DNA from: Bacteriovoracia bacterium
Lineage (GTDB): Bacteria > Bdellovibrionota > UBA1018 > CAIPTA01
Reading direction: 5' to 3'
Assembly: GCA_050246755.1 (NCBI GenBank)
Contig: JBFWVL010000002.1
Span: 1-64,000, forward strand
Length of the DNA: 64,000 nt
The notes under the pieces are model-generated. The model ran no database searches. It saw only the letters and a list, made by a program, of their open reading frames with translations, and was not told where the DNA came from. The translations under genes were made by a program, and so were the position numbers. This document shows positions 26,710-36,352 of this stretch, in pieces (positions within the stretch are counted from its first letter, which is position 1; the number at the start of each line of letters is the position of its first letter).

Positions 26710-28599
26710 TCAGAGCTGCATTTCCTTGGTGACCACGGGCGGGCGCCCCTCGAAGAAGGGCTCTCGCTCGTAGTTGAAGCTGGTGGGCTTAACCTCAACA
26801 CCGCGGGCCTGGAGGAAATGGCTGAGCGCGATAAGGGGAAAGGCCGGCGCGTATACGGAGTAATGCATATAGGCCTGGCCGGGATGCCCGGTGGCCGTCA
26901 CGCTTGGATCAAACCATTTTCCGTGCTTCTTAAAGTATTGAATCAGGTATTCGGCGGCTCTTTCGGCTGATTCGGAATTGGCCGCACCGGCCTTTACGAA
27001 AGTCATGAGGGCCCAAGCCGTTTGCGTGGGCGTGCTTTGGCCTACGGCACTGAGGCTTTCATCCGAATAGGAAAGGGTAGTCTCGCCGAAACCTCCGTCG
27101 GTATTTTGCTTGCTGAAGAGAAACTTCAGCGCACGCTGAATATAATCCGTCTGGAGGGATTCGCCCGTGGCGATAAGCCCGGTCAGGGAAACCGAAGTGC
27201 CGAAAATCGTATTGAGGGCCCAGCGCCCCGTCCACGCGCCTGATTTTTTCTGCGTGTTTTTTAGGTACTGCACGGCTTTTTTCGCCACGGCGTGATTGTC
27301 CTTATTGAATCCGTGGAGGGCCATCGCCTCGAGCACGTGGCCCGTGCAGTCGGCCGAAGAATAGTCGAAGAGGGACTCAACCTCTCCGTACCCCTTGAGG
27401 AAAAAATTGAGCAGGGGATTATTTCGATTATTCTGATTGAAGGCGCCCCAGCCTCCATCGCTGTTTTGCCGCTTCATCAGCCAGTCTAGGGCGCGCTTCG
27501 CATTCTCATGGTATTTTTTCTCGGTAAGGCTCCAGAGCACCACGGAGGCGGAGGTATCGTCCACGTCGGGATCGGCCTGGAAATCCATGCCGTAGGGCAT
27601 CCCGCCATTTTCCATCTGCTTGTCGCGCACGTATTCCAGCGAGTGCTGGAGCTGTTCGGGTTTGAATCCGGAGCTAAGCAGGGCGGTGGAGGTGAGGATG
27701 GTCTCCCAATATGTGCCATCGCAGCTGATCCCCACGTAGGCGCAATTTTCTTCATTTAAATAAAGTGTGTGGAGGTGCTTGAGGCCGCGCGCGGTGGCTA
27801 GCTCGATCTCGCGATTCAAAAGCGAGCAGTGTTCCTTGAAGTCGGCGAGCGCCACCAGGGAAAAAATTGTCGAGGTAGTATATCCATTCCAGCTGCCGAA
27901 GAATCCCTGCTTGGACAGCAGTTTGCGGATGATCCAGCCGTCGATCAGGGAGTTTACCTTTTTGCGCGCGGGAATCGGTTTGGTGTCGCGCTCTAGCTTC
28001 AGCTCTTCGAGGCCGAACTTATCGCCCATGTCTTTGTGAGCCCGCATGCGGCAGAGATAGGCCAGCGGGAGCATATGGGGCTTGGCCCAATGGGCGAAGC
28101 TCCGGTAGTTCATCGGCATGAATTCGAAAAAGGAAATATAGGGCGTGGCGGGCACGCGATCCCAGGGCACGATTCCGAATAGCGCTAAGATCGCGACGAG
28201 AAAGATCTCTACTTTCGCGAGGCCGCCGTTCTTCAGAATATATTCCCGCGCTTTTTTCATGGGTGCGGAATCGGGCGATTCCCCCATGCCCTTGAGGGTC
28301 CAATAGGTGAGGATCGTGGTATTGAGCTCCCCGCGGACATTATTAATGTCTTTTATTTGATACCAGGATCCATCGTCTAGCTGGCGACTTAGGAGCAGTT
28401 CGCGGAAGCGTGGTTCGTCGAGGTCGATGGCGAGACCGGCCCAACGGCTCATCAGGTAGAACTGGCAAATATAGACGGGGCCTAAGTAAGCGGGGATTTG
28501 CCAGGACCCGTCGGATCTGCGGAGCCGAAGAAGGTATTCTTGTCCGCCGTGAATGGCCTTCAGCGCTTCTGCGTGGAGGCCCGATTTATTTTCCGCCAT
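26710..28599 (-). CDS. squalene-type triterpene cyclase (squalene-tetrahymanol cyclase-like)
   Basis: QW repeats (QLDDGSW, QNSDGGW, QNTDGGF), DxDD (DVDDTS) and STPTQTAWAL. Confidence 0.9.
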   Translation of the reverse strand: MAENKSGLHAEALKAIHGGQEYLLRLRRSDGSWQIPAYLGPVYICQFYLMSRWAGLAIDLDEPRFRELLLSRQLDDGSWYQIKDINNVRGELNTTILTYWTLKGMGESPDSAPMKKAREYILKNGGLAKVEIFLVAILALFGIVPWDRVPATPYISFFEFMPMNYRSFAHWAKPHMLPLAYLCRMRAHKDMGDKFGLEELKLERDTKPIPARKKVNSLIDGWIIRKLLSKQGFFGSWNGYTTSTIFSLVALADFKEHCSLLNREIELATARGLKHLHTLYLNEENCAYVGISCDGTYWETILTSTALLSSGFKPEQLQHSLEYVRDKQMENGGMPYGMDFQADPDVDDTSASVVLWSLTEKKYHENAKRALDWLMKRQNSDGGWGAFNQNNRNNPLLNFFLKGYGEVESLFDYSSADCTGHVLEAMALHGFNKDNHAVAKKAVQYLKNTQKKSGAWTGRWALNTIFGTSVSLTGLIATGESLQTDYIQRALKFLFSKQNTDGGFGETTLSYSDESLSAVGQSTPTQTAWALMTFVKAGAANSESAERAAEYLIQYFKKHGKWFDPSVTATGHPGQAYMHYSVYAPAFPLIALSHFLQARGVEVKPTSFNYEREPFFEGRPPVVTKEMQL

Positions 28600-28687
28600 T
28601 CAAAAGATTGTAGCAAAGAGTGCGGTAAATGACATTGAACGCGAAGACTGGCGCAAGGTGTCGGGTACAGGGGAGAGTGTAGCGAAA

Positions 28688-29410
28688 CTAGTGCACGGGC
28701 GCGGAGTCCTGAGGCGTGGTCTCGGGCTCGCGGCTGGCGTCGGCAGGACTTGCTGCTAACCATTTATCCAAGTTGGTTCCGCAGCCTTTATAACCATTTT
28801 GTTTGAAATCGCTGCCTAAATAAGGGGGCGCTTTCGTGTTCACCACGGCGAAGTGTAGGCACCAGGCCGTTTTGCACTGGGCGGCGGGATAGCGCTTCTG
28901 ATTTTGTTTGGGACAGTTCGTGGTCATGCTACCGGCGTTCCGCGATCGGAGGCCCGTATTGGGATTCTCCGCGTACACACAGGTGGTTTTTATTCTTTTT
29001 TGTAGGAGGGGGGATGCAGCGAAGCCGTCGAGGTCCACGAGCTCCACTTGGGAAGGATTTTTCACGCGTTCGGCCACCGCATTGGCGAGCGCGGCGCCGG
29101 ATGAATGCCCGGCGATGATAAACTTACGCTTAGGGTCGCGCGCGGACATCTCGCCGATTCTCTTTAGCACGCGCTGAATCGTGTTTTCGCCCGCCGCGAG
29201 CACGCTGGCCTTAGCGCCGGTGGCGCCGATCGGGTAGGGGAAGGCTTTAAAATCGTAACCGGCATAGCGAGGGTCTTTGCGCGCGCCGTCTTCCCAGCAT
29301 TTCATTTGTTCCTGGCTGGCGCCGTAGCCGCCGAAATAAATAACGGTGGTGGCCGCCTCGGCCGCGCCGAGGACTGAAAGCGAAAGTAAAACCATCAGGA
29401 CGAGTTTCAT
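28688..29410 (-). CDS. secreted alpha/beta-hydrolase
   Basis: Signal peptide, FGGY, GHSSG, LDG and CLH. Confidence 0.7.
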   Translation of the reverse strand: MKLVLMVLLSLSVLGAAEAATTVIYFGGYGASQEQMKCWEDGARKDPRYAGYDFKAFPYPIGATGAKASVLAAGENTIQRVLKRIGEMSARDPKRKFIIAGHSSGAALANAVAERVKNPSQVELVDLDGFAASPLLQKRIKTTCVYAENPNTGLRSRNAGSMTTNCPKQNQKRYPAAQCKTAWCLHFAVVNTKAPPYLGSDFKQNGYKGCGTNLDKWLAASPADASREPETTPQDSAPVH

Positions 29411-29620
29411 GGGGCCTCCGCCTTCAGTATGCCTTAAGGTTTCGCATTGCAAAAGGCGGCGGCGACAAACAATTTATAAATATAAAACATTTAAGTGGGT
29501 TTCCCAAAGAAGGGCATAGTTGATCGTTTTACTTCAGGTAAAAATTTCCTGCTTTTCCAGGTCACTTTGGCTCCAATTTTTTTTCTGTTCGCTGAAAGGC
29601 TAAAAATAATAAGCAGAGGC

Positions 29621-29635
29621 TGGCATCTAAATTGC
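29621..29635 (+). promoter_or_regulatory. sigma54 (-24/-12) promoter
   Basis: TGGCATctaaaTTGC, 44 bp upstream of the start at 29679. Confidence 0.7.
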
Positions 29636-29678
29636 GTAGTGCGCGTGTTTAGCAAAATTTTCGAATTGGAGAAACCTA

Positions 29679-31667
29679 ATGAAAGTTCGTTTTATCTCGT
29701 TGCTGCTCGCGGTGATCACCGCCATCCTGCCAGGAAATCCAGAGGCCTTTGCCGATGCCTCAGTTCGCTTGAATGCCATCGTCGACGCGCTGCTCGATAC
29801 TTCCGACTCGGCCACGATTCAATTCGACGGCAAAGATATGGTGGGAAAGTACGGAGAATATTTCGAAGCTTCTTTCGTGTTGGCTCCTGAGCAAACGGCG
29901 CCCGTTCGCTGGCAAGCCCTCGACTCTTTGCTTCCACCCGGGCTTGACCTAGAAGATACTACAGCGAATACCGTGCATATCTCCGGATACCCGGGATTCA
30001 CCGGTACCTGGTGCTTCACCCTAGCTGCCAGCGATGAGAGCAATCTGGGAATAGCGGCCCAAGAAGTATGCGTTAGCTCCGCCAATAATTCCGAGCTTCG
30101 TTATCCTCGTTTCACTTCTACGTCGCGCCTCTCCGCCGTCGTGGCCAAAGAACGCTTCCAGAAAAAACTCACCTATAAAACCAACGACGGCCTTAAGAGC
30201 GAAGGCGTCGTATTCGACGCGGAATTGCCCGAAGGCCTCACGATCGTTCCACATAGCGAAAGCTCTTACTTCACCGTTCAGGGAAAGTTTTCCGAGCCCG
30301 GTTACGTGCGCTTTACGCTCCAGGTTACCGACGCCGAGAACAATGTAAATTTTCAGCAGTTCCAGCTGCCTATTCTTGCGAAAGCGCAAAATCCGTCCTG
30401 CGCGCCCGGCTACTATTTCGATCCCGCTCTCGGCTACTGCGTGGCTGACCGCGCCACCGACTGCCCAGATGGTACATACTATGATCCCGGCCGCGATTCC
30501 TGCGTAGCCTACGCACCGCCGCCACCCAGCTACTACTGCGGCGCTTACCAGCACTACGATGATTTCCTCAATGCCTGCGTGGACAACGACGCGCGTCGCT
30601 GCCCTCGTGGCACTTGGTGGGATTCGTACGAAAATCGCTGTGTCTACCAAGAGCACCACGAGTGCGGTTTCGGCCAGCGTTACGATTTTTTCACCCGCAG
30701 CTGCGAGTGGATCGACCGCGGCAATTCCTGCCGCGCCGGTGAGCATTACGATTATAATGATCGTCGCTGCGAACCCAATCAGGCTAGCTGCGGCCCTGGA
30801 TTCGTCTGGAACGGACGTACCTGCGCTCCCGCCCGCAATCATAACCGCTGTGGCCCTGGGCAAACCTGGGATCCGGGACGTGGTTGCATTCCCGTTAGCG
30901 GCGTATGTGGTCCGGGAACGGTATTCGATCCGCGCACGGGCCGTTGCGAGGGACGCGACCACCAGCAACCGCATTGTGGTCCTGGCCAGCGTTGGGATAA
31001 TTCTCAGCGACGCTGCGTAGATTTCCGCAACCCTCCGCCACGCCCAAATCCTGGTCCTCACCCGGGCCCGCGTCCTGGCCCGCACCCCGGTCCTCACCCT
31101 GGCCCAAGACCTGGTCCTCGTCCACAGCCTCCGCGTCCGGCACCGCAACCGCCTCGTCCGGCGCCTCAACCGCCGCGTCCAGCACCTCAGCCTCCGCGCC
31201 CGGCACCTCAGCCTCCACGCCCGGCACCGCAACCACCGCGTCCGGCGCCTCAGCCGCCGAGACCGGCACCGCAACCGCCTCGTCCGGCACCTCAGCCTCC
31301 GCGCCCGGCGCCTCAGCCTCCGCGCCCGGCGCCTCAGCCTCCGCGCCCGGCGCCTCAGCCTCCACGCCCGGCGCCACAACCGCCGCGCCCGGCACCGCAG
31401 CCGCCAAGACCTGCACCGCAACCGCCGCGTCCGGCGCCTCAGCCGCCGAGACCGGCACCGCAACCGCCTCGTCCGGCACCTCAGCCTCCACGCCCGGCGC
31501 CACAACCGCCGCGTCCAGCACCGCAGCCTCCGCGCCCGGCGCCTCAGCCGCCGAGACCAGCACCACAGCCACCTAGGCCATCACCCGGTCCTGGTAACCC
31601 TGGATGGGGCGGGGGTCATAATCCCGGCAATCCGGGTCGTGGCGGTGGTGGCCCCGGTCACCGCTAG
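29679..31667 (+). CDS. secreted Ig-like + Cys-rich repeat + Pro-rich repeat protein
   Basis: Signal peptide, two He_PIG-like domains (LPPGL, LPEGL), about 10 CxxG..(W/F/Y)D....C units and a (PQPPRPA)n tail. Confidence 0.85.
   Translation: MKVRFISLLLAVITAILPGNPEAFADASVRLNAIVDALLDTSDSATIQFDGKDMVGKYGEYFEASFVLAPEQTAPVRWQALDSLLPPGLDLEDTTANTVHISGYPGFTGTWCFTLAASDESNLGIAAQEVCVSSANNSELRYPRFTSTSRLSAVVAKERFQKKLTYKTNDGLKSEGVVFDAELPEGLTIVPHSESSYFTVQGKFSEPGYVRFTLQVTDAENNVNFQQFQLPILAKAQNPSCAPGYYFDPALGYCVADRATDCPDGTYYDPGRDSCVAYAPPPPSYYCGAYQHYDDFLNACVDNDARRCPRGTWWDSYENRCVYQEHHECGFGQRYDFFTRSCEWIDRGNSCRAGEHYDYNDRRCEPNQASCGPGFVWNGRTCAPARNHNRCGPGQTWDPGRGCIPVSGVCGPGTVFDPRTGRCEGRDHQQPHCGPGQRWDNSQRRCVDFRNPPPRPNPGPHPGPRPGPHPGPHPGPRPGPRPQPPRPAPQPPRPAPQPPRPAPQPPRPAPQPPRPAPQPPRPAPQPPRPAPQPPRPAPQPPRPAPQPPRPAPQPPRPAPQPPRPAPQPPRPAPQPPRPAPQPPRPAPQPPRPAPQPPRPAPQPPRPAPQPPRPAPQPPRPAPQPPRPAPQPPRPSPGPGNPGWGGGHNPGNPGRGGGGPGHR
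31122..31583 (+). repeat. coding tandem repeat, 22 x 21 bp (PQPPRPA)
   Basis: Counted 22 units with synonymous codon variation; the last unit reads PQPPRPS. Confidence 0.95.
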
Positions 31668-31686
31668 TCCTAGCTGAAAGTTTTTG

Positions 31687-31718
31687 GGGCAGATGAAAGA
31701 ATTTCATCTGCCCTTTTT
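31687..31718 (+). terminator. rho-independent terminator
   Basis: gggcagatgaaa-gaa-tttcatctgccc followed by TTTTT. Confidence 0.85.
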
Positions 31719-31783
31719 ATTTTAAGCCACCCTTATCCGCGCGATCGATAGACGGCTTCAAAAAAATGCGTTAATTTCCAGCT

Positions 31784-32455
31784 GTGAGAAAGCTTGTCGA
31801 AGGCATCATCGAGTTTCGCCGTAAGGTGCAAAAAGATTATCGTGACGCGTTCGGCGGCCTAGCGGCCAACGGTCAGTCTCCCGATACCCTCTTCATTGCC
31901 TGTTCCGATAGCCGCGTGGTGCCTAATACCTTTGCGTCCACGAACCCGGGCGACCTATTTGTATTGAGAAACGTAGGAAATCTCATTCCTCCTTGTGGAA
32001 AGCATGGAATTTCTCAAAGCGATGAAGCCGAGGCGGCCGCGATTGAATTTTCCGTCGAATCCCTTAACGTTTCCGATATTATCGTGTGCGGTCATTCGGA
32101 ATGTGGTGCGATGCGAGCGCTCATGGGCAACCGGCATACGGTGGCATTTCCCAATTTAAAAAGCTGGCTACGCCACGGGGATGAAGCGGTGGAGCGCCTG
32201 AGGGCAGGGGCCGCCCTGGATAAGATGATGCCCGAGCACAATCAGCTTTCCCAGCTCAACGTTTTGCTCCAGATGGAGCACGTGAAATCCTACCCGGCGG
32301 TGAAGAAACGCATCGAAGAAAAACGCCTGGCGGTGCATGGGTGGTGGTTTGATATCGCCCGCGCGGAAGTGTACGTGCACGATGATGAGTCCAATCTTTT
32401 TGTGCTCATCGATGAAGAAGGCGCCGAGCGGATGCTGGCTAAGCACACCAGGTAA
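31784..32455 (+). CDS. beta-class carbonic anhydrase
   Basis: CSDSR, RNVGN and GHSECGAM. Confidence 0.95.
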   Translation: MRKLVEGIIEFRRKVQKDYRDAFGGLAANGQSPDTLFIACSDSRVVPNTFASTNPGDLFVLRNVGNLIPPCGKHGISQSDEAEAAAIEFSVESLNVSDIIVCGHSECGAMRALMGNRHTVAFPNLKSWLRHGDEAVERLRAGAALDKMMPEHNQLSQLNVLLQMEHVKSYPAVKKRIEEKRLAVHGWWFDIARAEVYVHDDESNLFVLIDEEGAERMLAKHTR

Positions 32456-32618
32456 AAGTCAGCCGCGGCAAATGGCTAAAAACAAATGTTCTAGTTTGTG
32501 GAGTATGGCCGCTCGGCCAGATGGGCAAATTTCCGCAGTCAAAAAAATGCCGCTTGTCCCGGTACTCTGCCGCGCAGGTAAAACCGAAAACTATGTTTCA
32601 ATTTTAGTGGAGGCAAAA

Positions 32619-33083
32619 ATGAAAACAAGTTTTTCCCGCAGGATACCCACTGAATTAAAACCGGACGACTTATGGAGGTTCGTAGCCTCCTCGTTGCGAA
32701 ATTCAGACGCGCAACGCCTTTGGCCTTCAGCCTTGGAAACTTCACGGGCCGAATCCCTACGCGTAGGCAGTGTGATTCACGTTACCTATCACGCTTGGAT
32801 ATTGGATAAGCCCGTAAGGTACCGGGTGGCGGAGCTGAATCCCGACCAGTATAGGTTAAGTTACCATGCCACGAAGGATCATCCGTTGAAGGGCGGAGCT
32901 ACCATACAAGTGCAGGCTTCAGCTAGGGGCAGCGACCTTCTTTGGAAGGGAGCCTACGAGCATCCCTGGTACTCGGCGGCCGGTTTTTTTCTCCGTTACT
33001 ATTTTCTCGAGCGTTTTTTCGATCAGCTCGAACTTGGTCTCCGCTCCCTCGAAGAGAGAGCGAAGCGCAAACGCGCTGCCTAA
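32619..33083 (+). CDS. SRPBCC-like hypothetical protein
   Basis: GGAGG RBS before the ATG at 32619; helix-grip-like pattern. Confidence 0.55.
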   Translation: MKTSFSRRIPTELKPDDLWRFVASSLRNSDAQRLWPSALETSRAESLRVGSVIHVTYHAWILDKPVRYRVAELNPDQYRLSYHATKDHPLKGGATIQVQASARGSDLLWKGAYEHPWYSAAGFFLRYYFLERFFDQLELGLRSLEERAKRKRAA

Positions 33084-33138
33084 GGCATGGCATCCCGCAG
33101 TATGTGTTCGGGGAGGGGGTTTGGTATGAATTTAGCCC

Positions 33139-33675
33139 ATGCCGAGCAAGCCGAAAAGTGTAGCTTTCAAATCCAAGGTTGAGAAATTCACCAACTTTTC
33201 GATGTACTACCTGGAAGTTCCCGCCAAGGCGATAAAGGTGCTCGGCGGTAAATTCCGCCTCCGGCTCATCTGCACCGTGAACAAGAAAATTTCCTTCCAG
33301 TGTGGGTTAATGGCCCTCGGGGAAGGGCGGGGTTATATCACGCTCGCGAAGAAACGCATGGAGGAGCTCGGAGTCGGCCTCGGTAGCTCTTTGAAAGTGG
33401 AACTAAGGCCTGATACCAGCAAGTACGGGATGAAGGTGCCGGCGGAGTTTCTGGAAGTCTTACGTCAGGACGACGAGGGCAGAAGGAGATTCGACGCGCT
33501 CTTGCCCGGCAAAAAGCGCACGATGCTGTTTTATATTTCCGGAACCAATAACGTGGACCTGCGGATTGAACGGTCTTTGCGTATGCTGGAGAATCTTAAA
33601 TTATTACCCAAAGGCAAAGAGACCATCTCGGGAATTTTCGGAAGGCGAGCTTCTCCCGGTAGCGGCCGCTGGTAA
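33139..33675 (+). CDS. DUF1905 / YdeI-OmpD-associated domain protein
   Basis: DTSKYGMKVPAEF and FDALLPGKKR. Confidence 0.75.
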   Translation: MPSKPKSVAFKSKVEKFTNFSMYYLEVPAKAIKVLGGKFRLRLICTVNKKISFQCGLMALGEGRGYITLAKKRMEELGVGLGSSLKVELRPDTSKYGMKVPAEFLEVLRQDDEGRRRFDALLPGKKRTMLFYISGTNNVDLRIERSLRMLENLKLLPKGKETISGIFGRRASPGSGRW

Positions 33676-33680
33676 GGGAA

Positions 33681-33722
33681 AAAAATAAGGCCGAGGTGCT
33701 TATCGCAACCCGGCCTCATTTT
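33681..33722. terminator. bidirectional terminator between convergent genes
   Basis: aaaat-aaggccg...cggcctc-atttt hairpin. Confidence 0.6.
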
Positions 33723-33736
33723 GCAGAACCTAAAGA

Positions 33737-34057
33737 CTATTTCAGGTGCTTGCTAACCAATTTGGTCATTTCGAACATGTTCACAACGGCTTTGCCGAAA
33801 ACTGCTTTGAGTTTTGCGTCGGCATTGATGTTGCGGCGGTTTTTGGAATCTTGAAGGCCGTGCTTCTTGATGTAAACCCAGAGTTTCTTTACCACTTCCG
33901 TGCGGGGAAGGGCTTTAGGGCCGAGAACAGCAGCGAGTTTATCGCTAAGTTCTAGGGGACGCATGAATGCGGCACTTGGTTTACGTTTGCTTTTTGCGGC
34001 TTTTTTAGCAGCAGGTTTCTTAGCGGCTTTTTTCGTAGTTTTCTTTTTGGCAGCCAT
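33737..34057 (-). CDS. SWIB/MDM2 domain protein with Lys/Ala-rich N-terminus
   Basis: PRTEVVKKLWVYIKKHGLQD and MFEMTKLVSKHL; GGAGG RBS. Confidence 0.92.
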   Translation of the reverse strand: MAAKKKTTKKAAKKPAAKKAAKSKRKPSAAFMRPLELSDKLAAVLGPKALPRTEVVKKLWVYIKKHGLQDSKNRRNINADAKLKAVFGKAVVNMFEMTKLVSKHLK

Positions 34058-34168
34058 TATGACTCCTCCGAGTGGGTTGTTTTTTTCCGTGTACAACACC
34101 AAGATACAGGTGATTTCCGCTTTGTCCAAAAGAAAGTGCGGATCTGCTATTCTATTTCTCCGAGGAGA

Positions 34169-34420
34169 ATGGCGATGAGTTGGTTTCTTTATCTCTTAGA
34201 ATGCGAGGACGGAAGCCTCTATACCGGGATCGCACGCGACGTAAACGCTCGTTTTGCCCTTCATTCTTCAGGGAAAGGCGCGAAATACACCCGGTCGCAT
34301 CGTCCGGTTTCCATAGTGGGATTCGCGGAATTTCCCGATCGCTCCTCTGCGTCAAAGGCGGAATACGCGGTGAAATGCCTTTCGCCAGGGGAGAAATGGT
34401 CGCTATTTTTGTCTCTTTGA
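34169..34420 (+). CDS. GIY-YIG nuclease (UPF0213/YhbQ-like)
   Basis: YLLECEDGSLYTG and HSSGKGAKYTR. Confidence 0.9.
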   Translation: MAMSWFLYLLECEDGSLYTGIARDVNARFALHSSGKGAKYTRSHRPVSIVGFAEFPDRSSASKAEYAVKCLSPGEKWSLFLSL

Positions 34421-34432
34421 GGGGGGAAAACG

Positions 34433-34461
34433 AAAAAACCTCCCGCGAAGGAGGTTTTTTT
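34433..34461. terminator. bidirectional terminator
   Basis: aaaaaacctcc-cgcgaa-ggaggtttttt. Confidence 0.85.
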
Positions 34462-34478
34462 CAGGGGGAAAGGGCGCG

Positions 34479-35072
34479 CTACTTCTTGCGCTTGAAAACC
34501 ATCTCCATATTTTTGAATTCCTTCTTCGTGTTCATGTCGGGCGCCCACATGGTGTAGATCATATTATTCTTATCAATGATCTTCCATTCCGAGCGGTATT
34601 CGGCCTTTTTATCGGCTTCCATTGGGCAGGTGAACTCTCCGCTATCTTTCAGGGTATTGCTTACAGAATCGAAAGATCCAGATCCATGCATCATTCCCGT
34701 GCCCATATTGTCGGCCCAGAAAGTCTCGTATTTCTCGGTGAGATTATTGTAGCCGGTAAGCCCGAGCCCTTCAAAAGGCATGCCCATCGCTTTTCCTTTG
34801 ATGTCGTGCTGCAGGAAGCGACCGCCGAGAATCATTTTGATTGTGCTCGTACCGGAAGACTCCTCGGGCTTGGCACCTTCGGACATCCAGGCCTTCGAGG
34901 TATAGCTCCATTTTCCCGCCATCGGAGCGAGCAGTTTATGAGCGGCACTAGGGGTGGAGTACTTTTGCCACGCGGCCATCATTTCTTTCATTTTCGCGTC
35001 GCCGGGAGCGTCCTGCGCGAAAACCGAAATGCTGGATAGGGCAATGAAAGCGACAAATAGAAGCTTAGGCAT
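34479..35072 (-). CDS. DUF1579 family secreted protein
   Basis: ILGGRFL, FEGLGLTGYNN and WADNMGT. Confidence 0.88.
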   Translation of the reverse strand: MPKLLFVAFIALSSISVFAQDAPGDAKMKEMMAAWQKYSTPSAAHKLLAPMAGKWSYTSKAWMSEGAKPEESSGTSTIKMILGGRFLQHDIKGKAMGMPFEGLGLTGYNNLTEKYETFWADNMGTGMMHGSGSFDSVSNTLKDSGEFTCPMEADKKAEYRSEWKIIDKNNMIYTMWAPDMNTKKEFKNMEMVFKRKK

Positions 35073-35108
35073 AGATTTCTCCTCTGAGGATTGGCCGTAT
35101 GCGCCGAA

Positions 35109-35477
35109 TCAGCGAACGTTGCAAGTGGTGGAAACGGTGGTGCCCATTCCTTGGCCACCCAAAGACATGGTGCCGTTGTATTGGCCGGGGGCCGAGTAAG
35201 TGGTGCTGATCACTACGCGGCTGTCTGGGCCTTGGGCAGTGAAGCGCAGCGCCTGGTTCGGAGTGAATTGGCTGTCCACTATGGGAAGCGCGCCTTTTTC
35301 CGTTACGGTTCCGCTTTTCTTTACGACAACCATCGCGCTGCCCGCAACTTTGGAGCTGGCGGTTTTTGCACTCACGATGAATTCATAGTTCAGCATGCTG
35401 CCCGTGCAAACTACCGAGGCGGCATGCGATACGCCGCAGAATAAGAGGGAGGCTACGATAACGGCAAATTTCTGCAT
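35109..35477 (-). CDS. small secreted beta-rich hypothetical protein
   Basis: Signal peptide SHA, terminal Cys pair and AGGAG RBS. Confidence 0.7.
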   Translation of the reverse strand: MQKFAVIVASLLFCGVSHAASVVCTGSMLNYEFIVSAKTASSKVAGSAMVVVKKSGTVTEKGALPIVDSQFTPNQALRFTAQGPDSRVVISTTYSAPGQYNGTMSLGGQGMGTTVSTTCNVR

Positions 35478-35611
35478 TAAATTCTCCTTAAACGGGGTGG
35501 TTATTCCTAAATATGCTGCCCAGTTTTTTTCGGAATGACAATCTTTAATCCCCGGCCGATTTGCCGCGTAGGTGGTTGCCCGCGAGTCTGCCTCGGCATA
35601 TCCTGCTGGTA

Positions 35612-36352
35612 ATGGCCGATCCCATTTTTAGCGAAGACTACCGCATCACTTCTTACCTCGTGAATTTACGCCAGCGGGCTGGCCTCTATGCCATTTTGAA
35701 TCTCGTGCAAGACGTGGGCTGGCAACAGGCCGTGCACTTGGGATTTGATTTGGCGGGGCAGGGGCTTTCCTGGGTTTTTACCCGGCAGAAACTGGTGATG
35801 AGCGCCTGGCCGAACTGGAACGATACCGTGACGCTTCGAACTTGGCTGCGCCCGGCCACGAAATCTCCCTTCGTGTTTCGCGACTATGAGTTACTCGTGA
35901 AAGGGAAAAAAATTGGAGAATGCACTAGCTCCTTCACCCTGATCGATTCTACTACCCGCAAGCTCGCCATTCCCGACTGGAGCTCGTTCGAAACTGTATG
36001 GCGCAGAGACGGCTCGCTCACTCATCAACCGGAAAAAATTTTATTGCCTAGAGAGGTAAAAGACTTGGCCGCATTCGAAGTGCGCAATAGTGATCTCGAT
36101 TTGAATAACCACGTGAACAATACCAAGTACGCGCAGTGGGTGCTCGATGCCGTGCCGCTCCAGACGCTCAAGACCGCCGATCTGCACGAATACGAAATCA
36201 ATTTCCTCGCCGAGACAAAAAAAGGCGACGTGATTACATTGCAGCAGCCGGAATCGGCGCCGGTGGACGGCAACGAGCTATTCCAGGGGCTGCGCAAGGC
36301 CGACGGGAAAATCGTATTCACTTCGAGACTGAAAGTGACGCAGCATGAATGA
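35612..36352 (+). CDS. acyl-ACP thioesterase
   Basis: Double hot-dog fold; DLDLNNHVNNTKY. Confidence 0.9.
   Translation: MADPIFSEDYRITSYLVNLRQRAGLYAILNLVQDVGWQQAVHLGFDLAGQGLSWVFTRQKLVMSAWPNWNDTVTLRTWLRPATKSPFVFRDYELLVKGKKIGECTSSFTLIDSTTRKLAIPDWSSFETVWRRDGSLTHQPEKILLPREVKDLAAFEVRNSDLDLNNHVNNTKYAQWVLDAVPLQTLKTADLHEYEINFLAETKKGDVITLQQPESAPVDGNELFQGLRKADGKIVFTSRLKVTQHE

Noticed and set aside
30021-31572. Long minus-strand ORFs (494 aa Arg-rich and 225 aa Ala-rich)
   Set aside because: They are antisense shadows of the Pro-rich repeat gene.
31122-31583. 21-bp repeat array as a CRISPR array
   Set aside because: The units are contiguous without spacers, vary only at synonymous positions and encode PQPPRPA. 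No cas genes are present.
34169-34420. GIY-YIG gene as a homing endonuclease or mobile element
   Set aside because: It is the short stand-alone UPF0213 type common in chromosomes, with no intron or element context.
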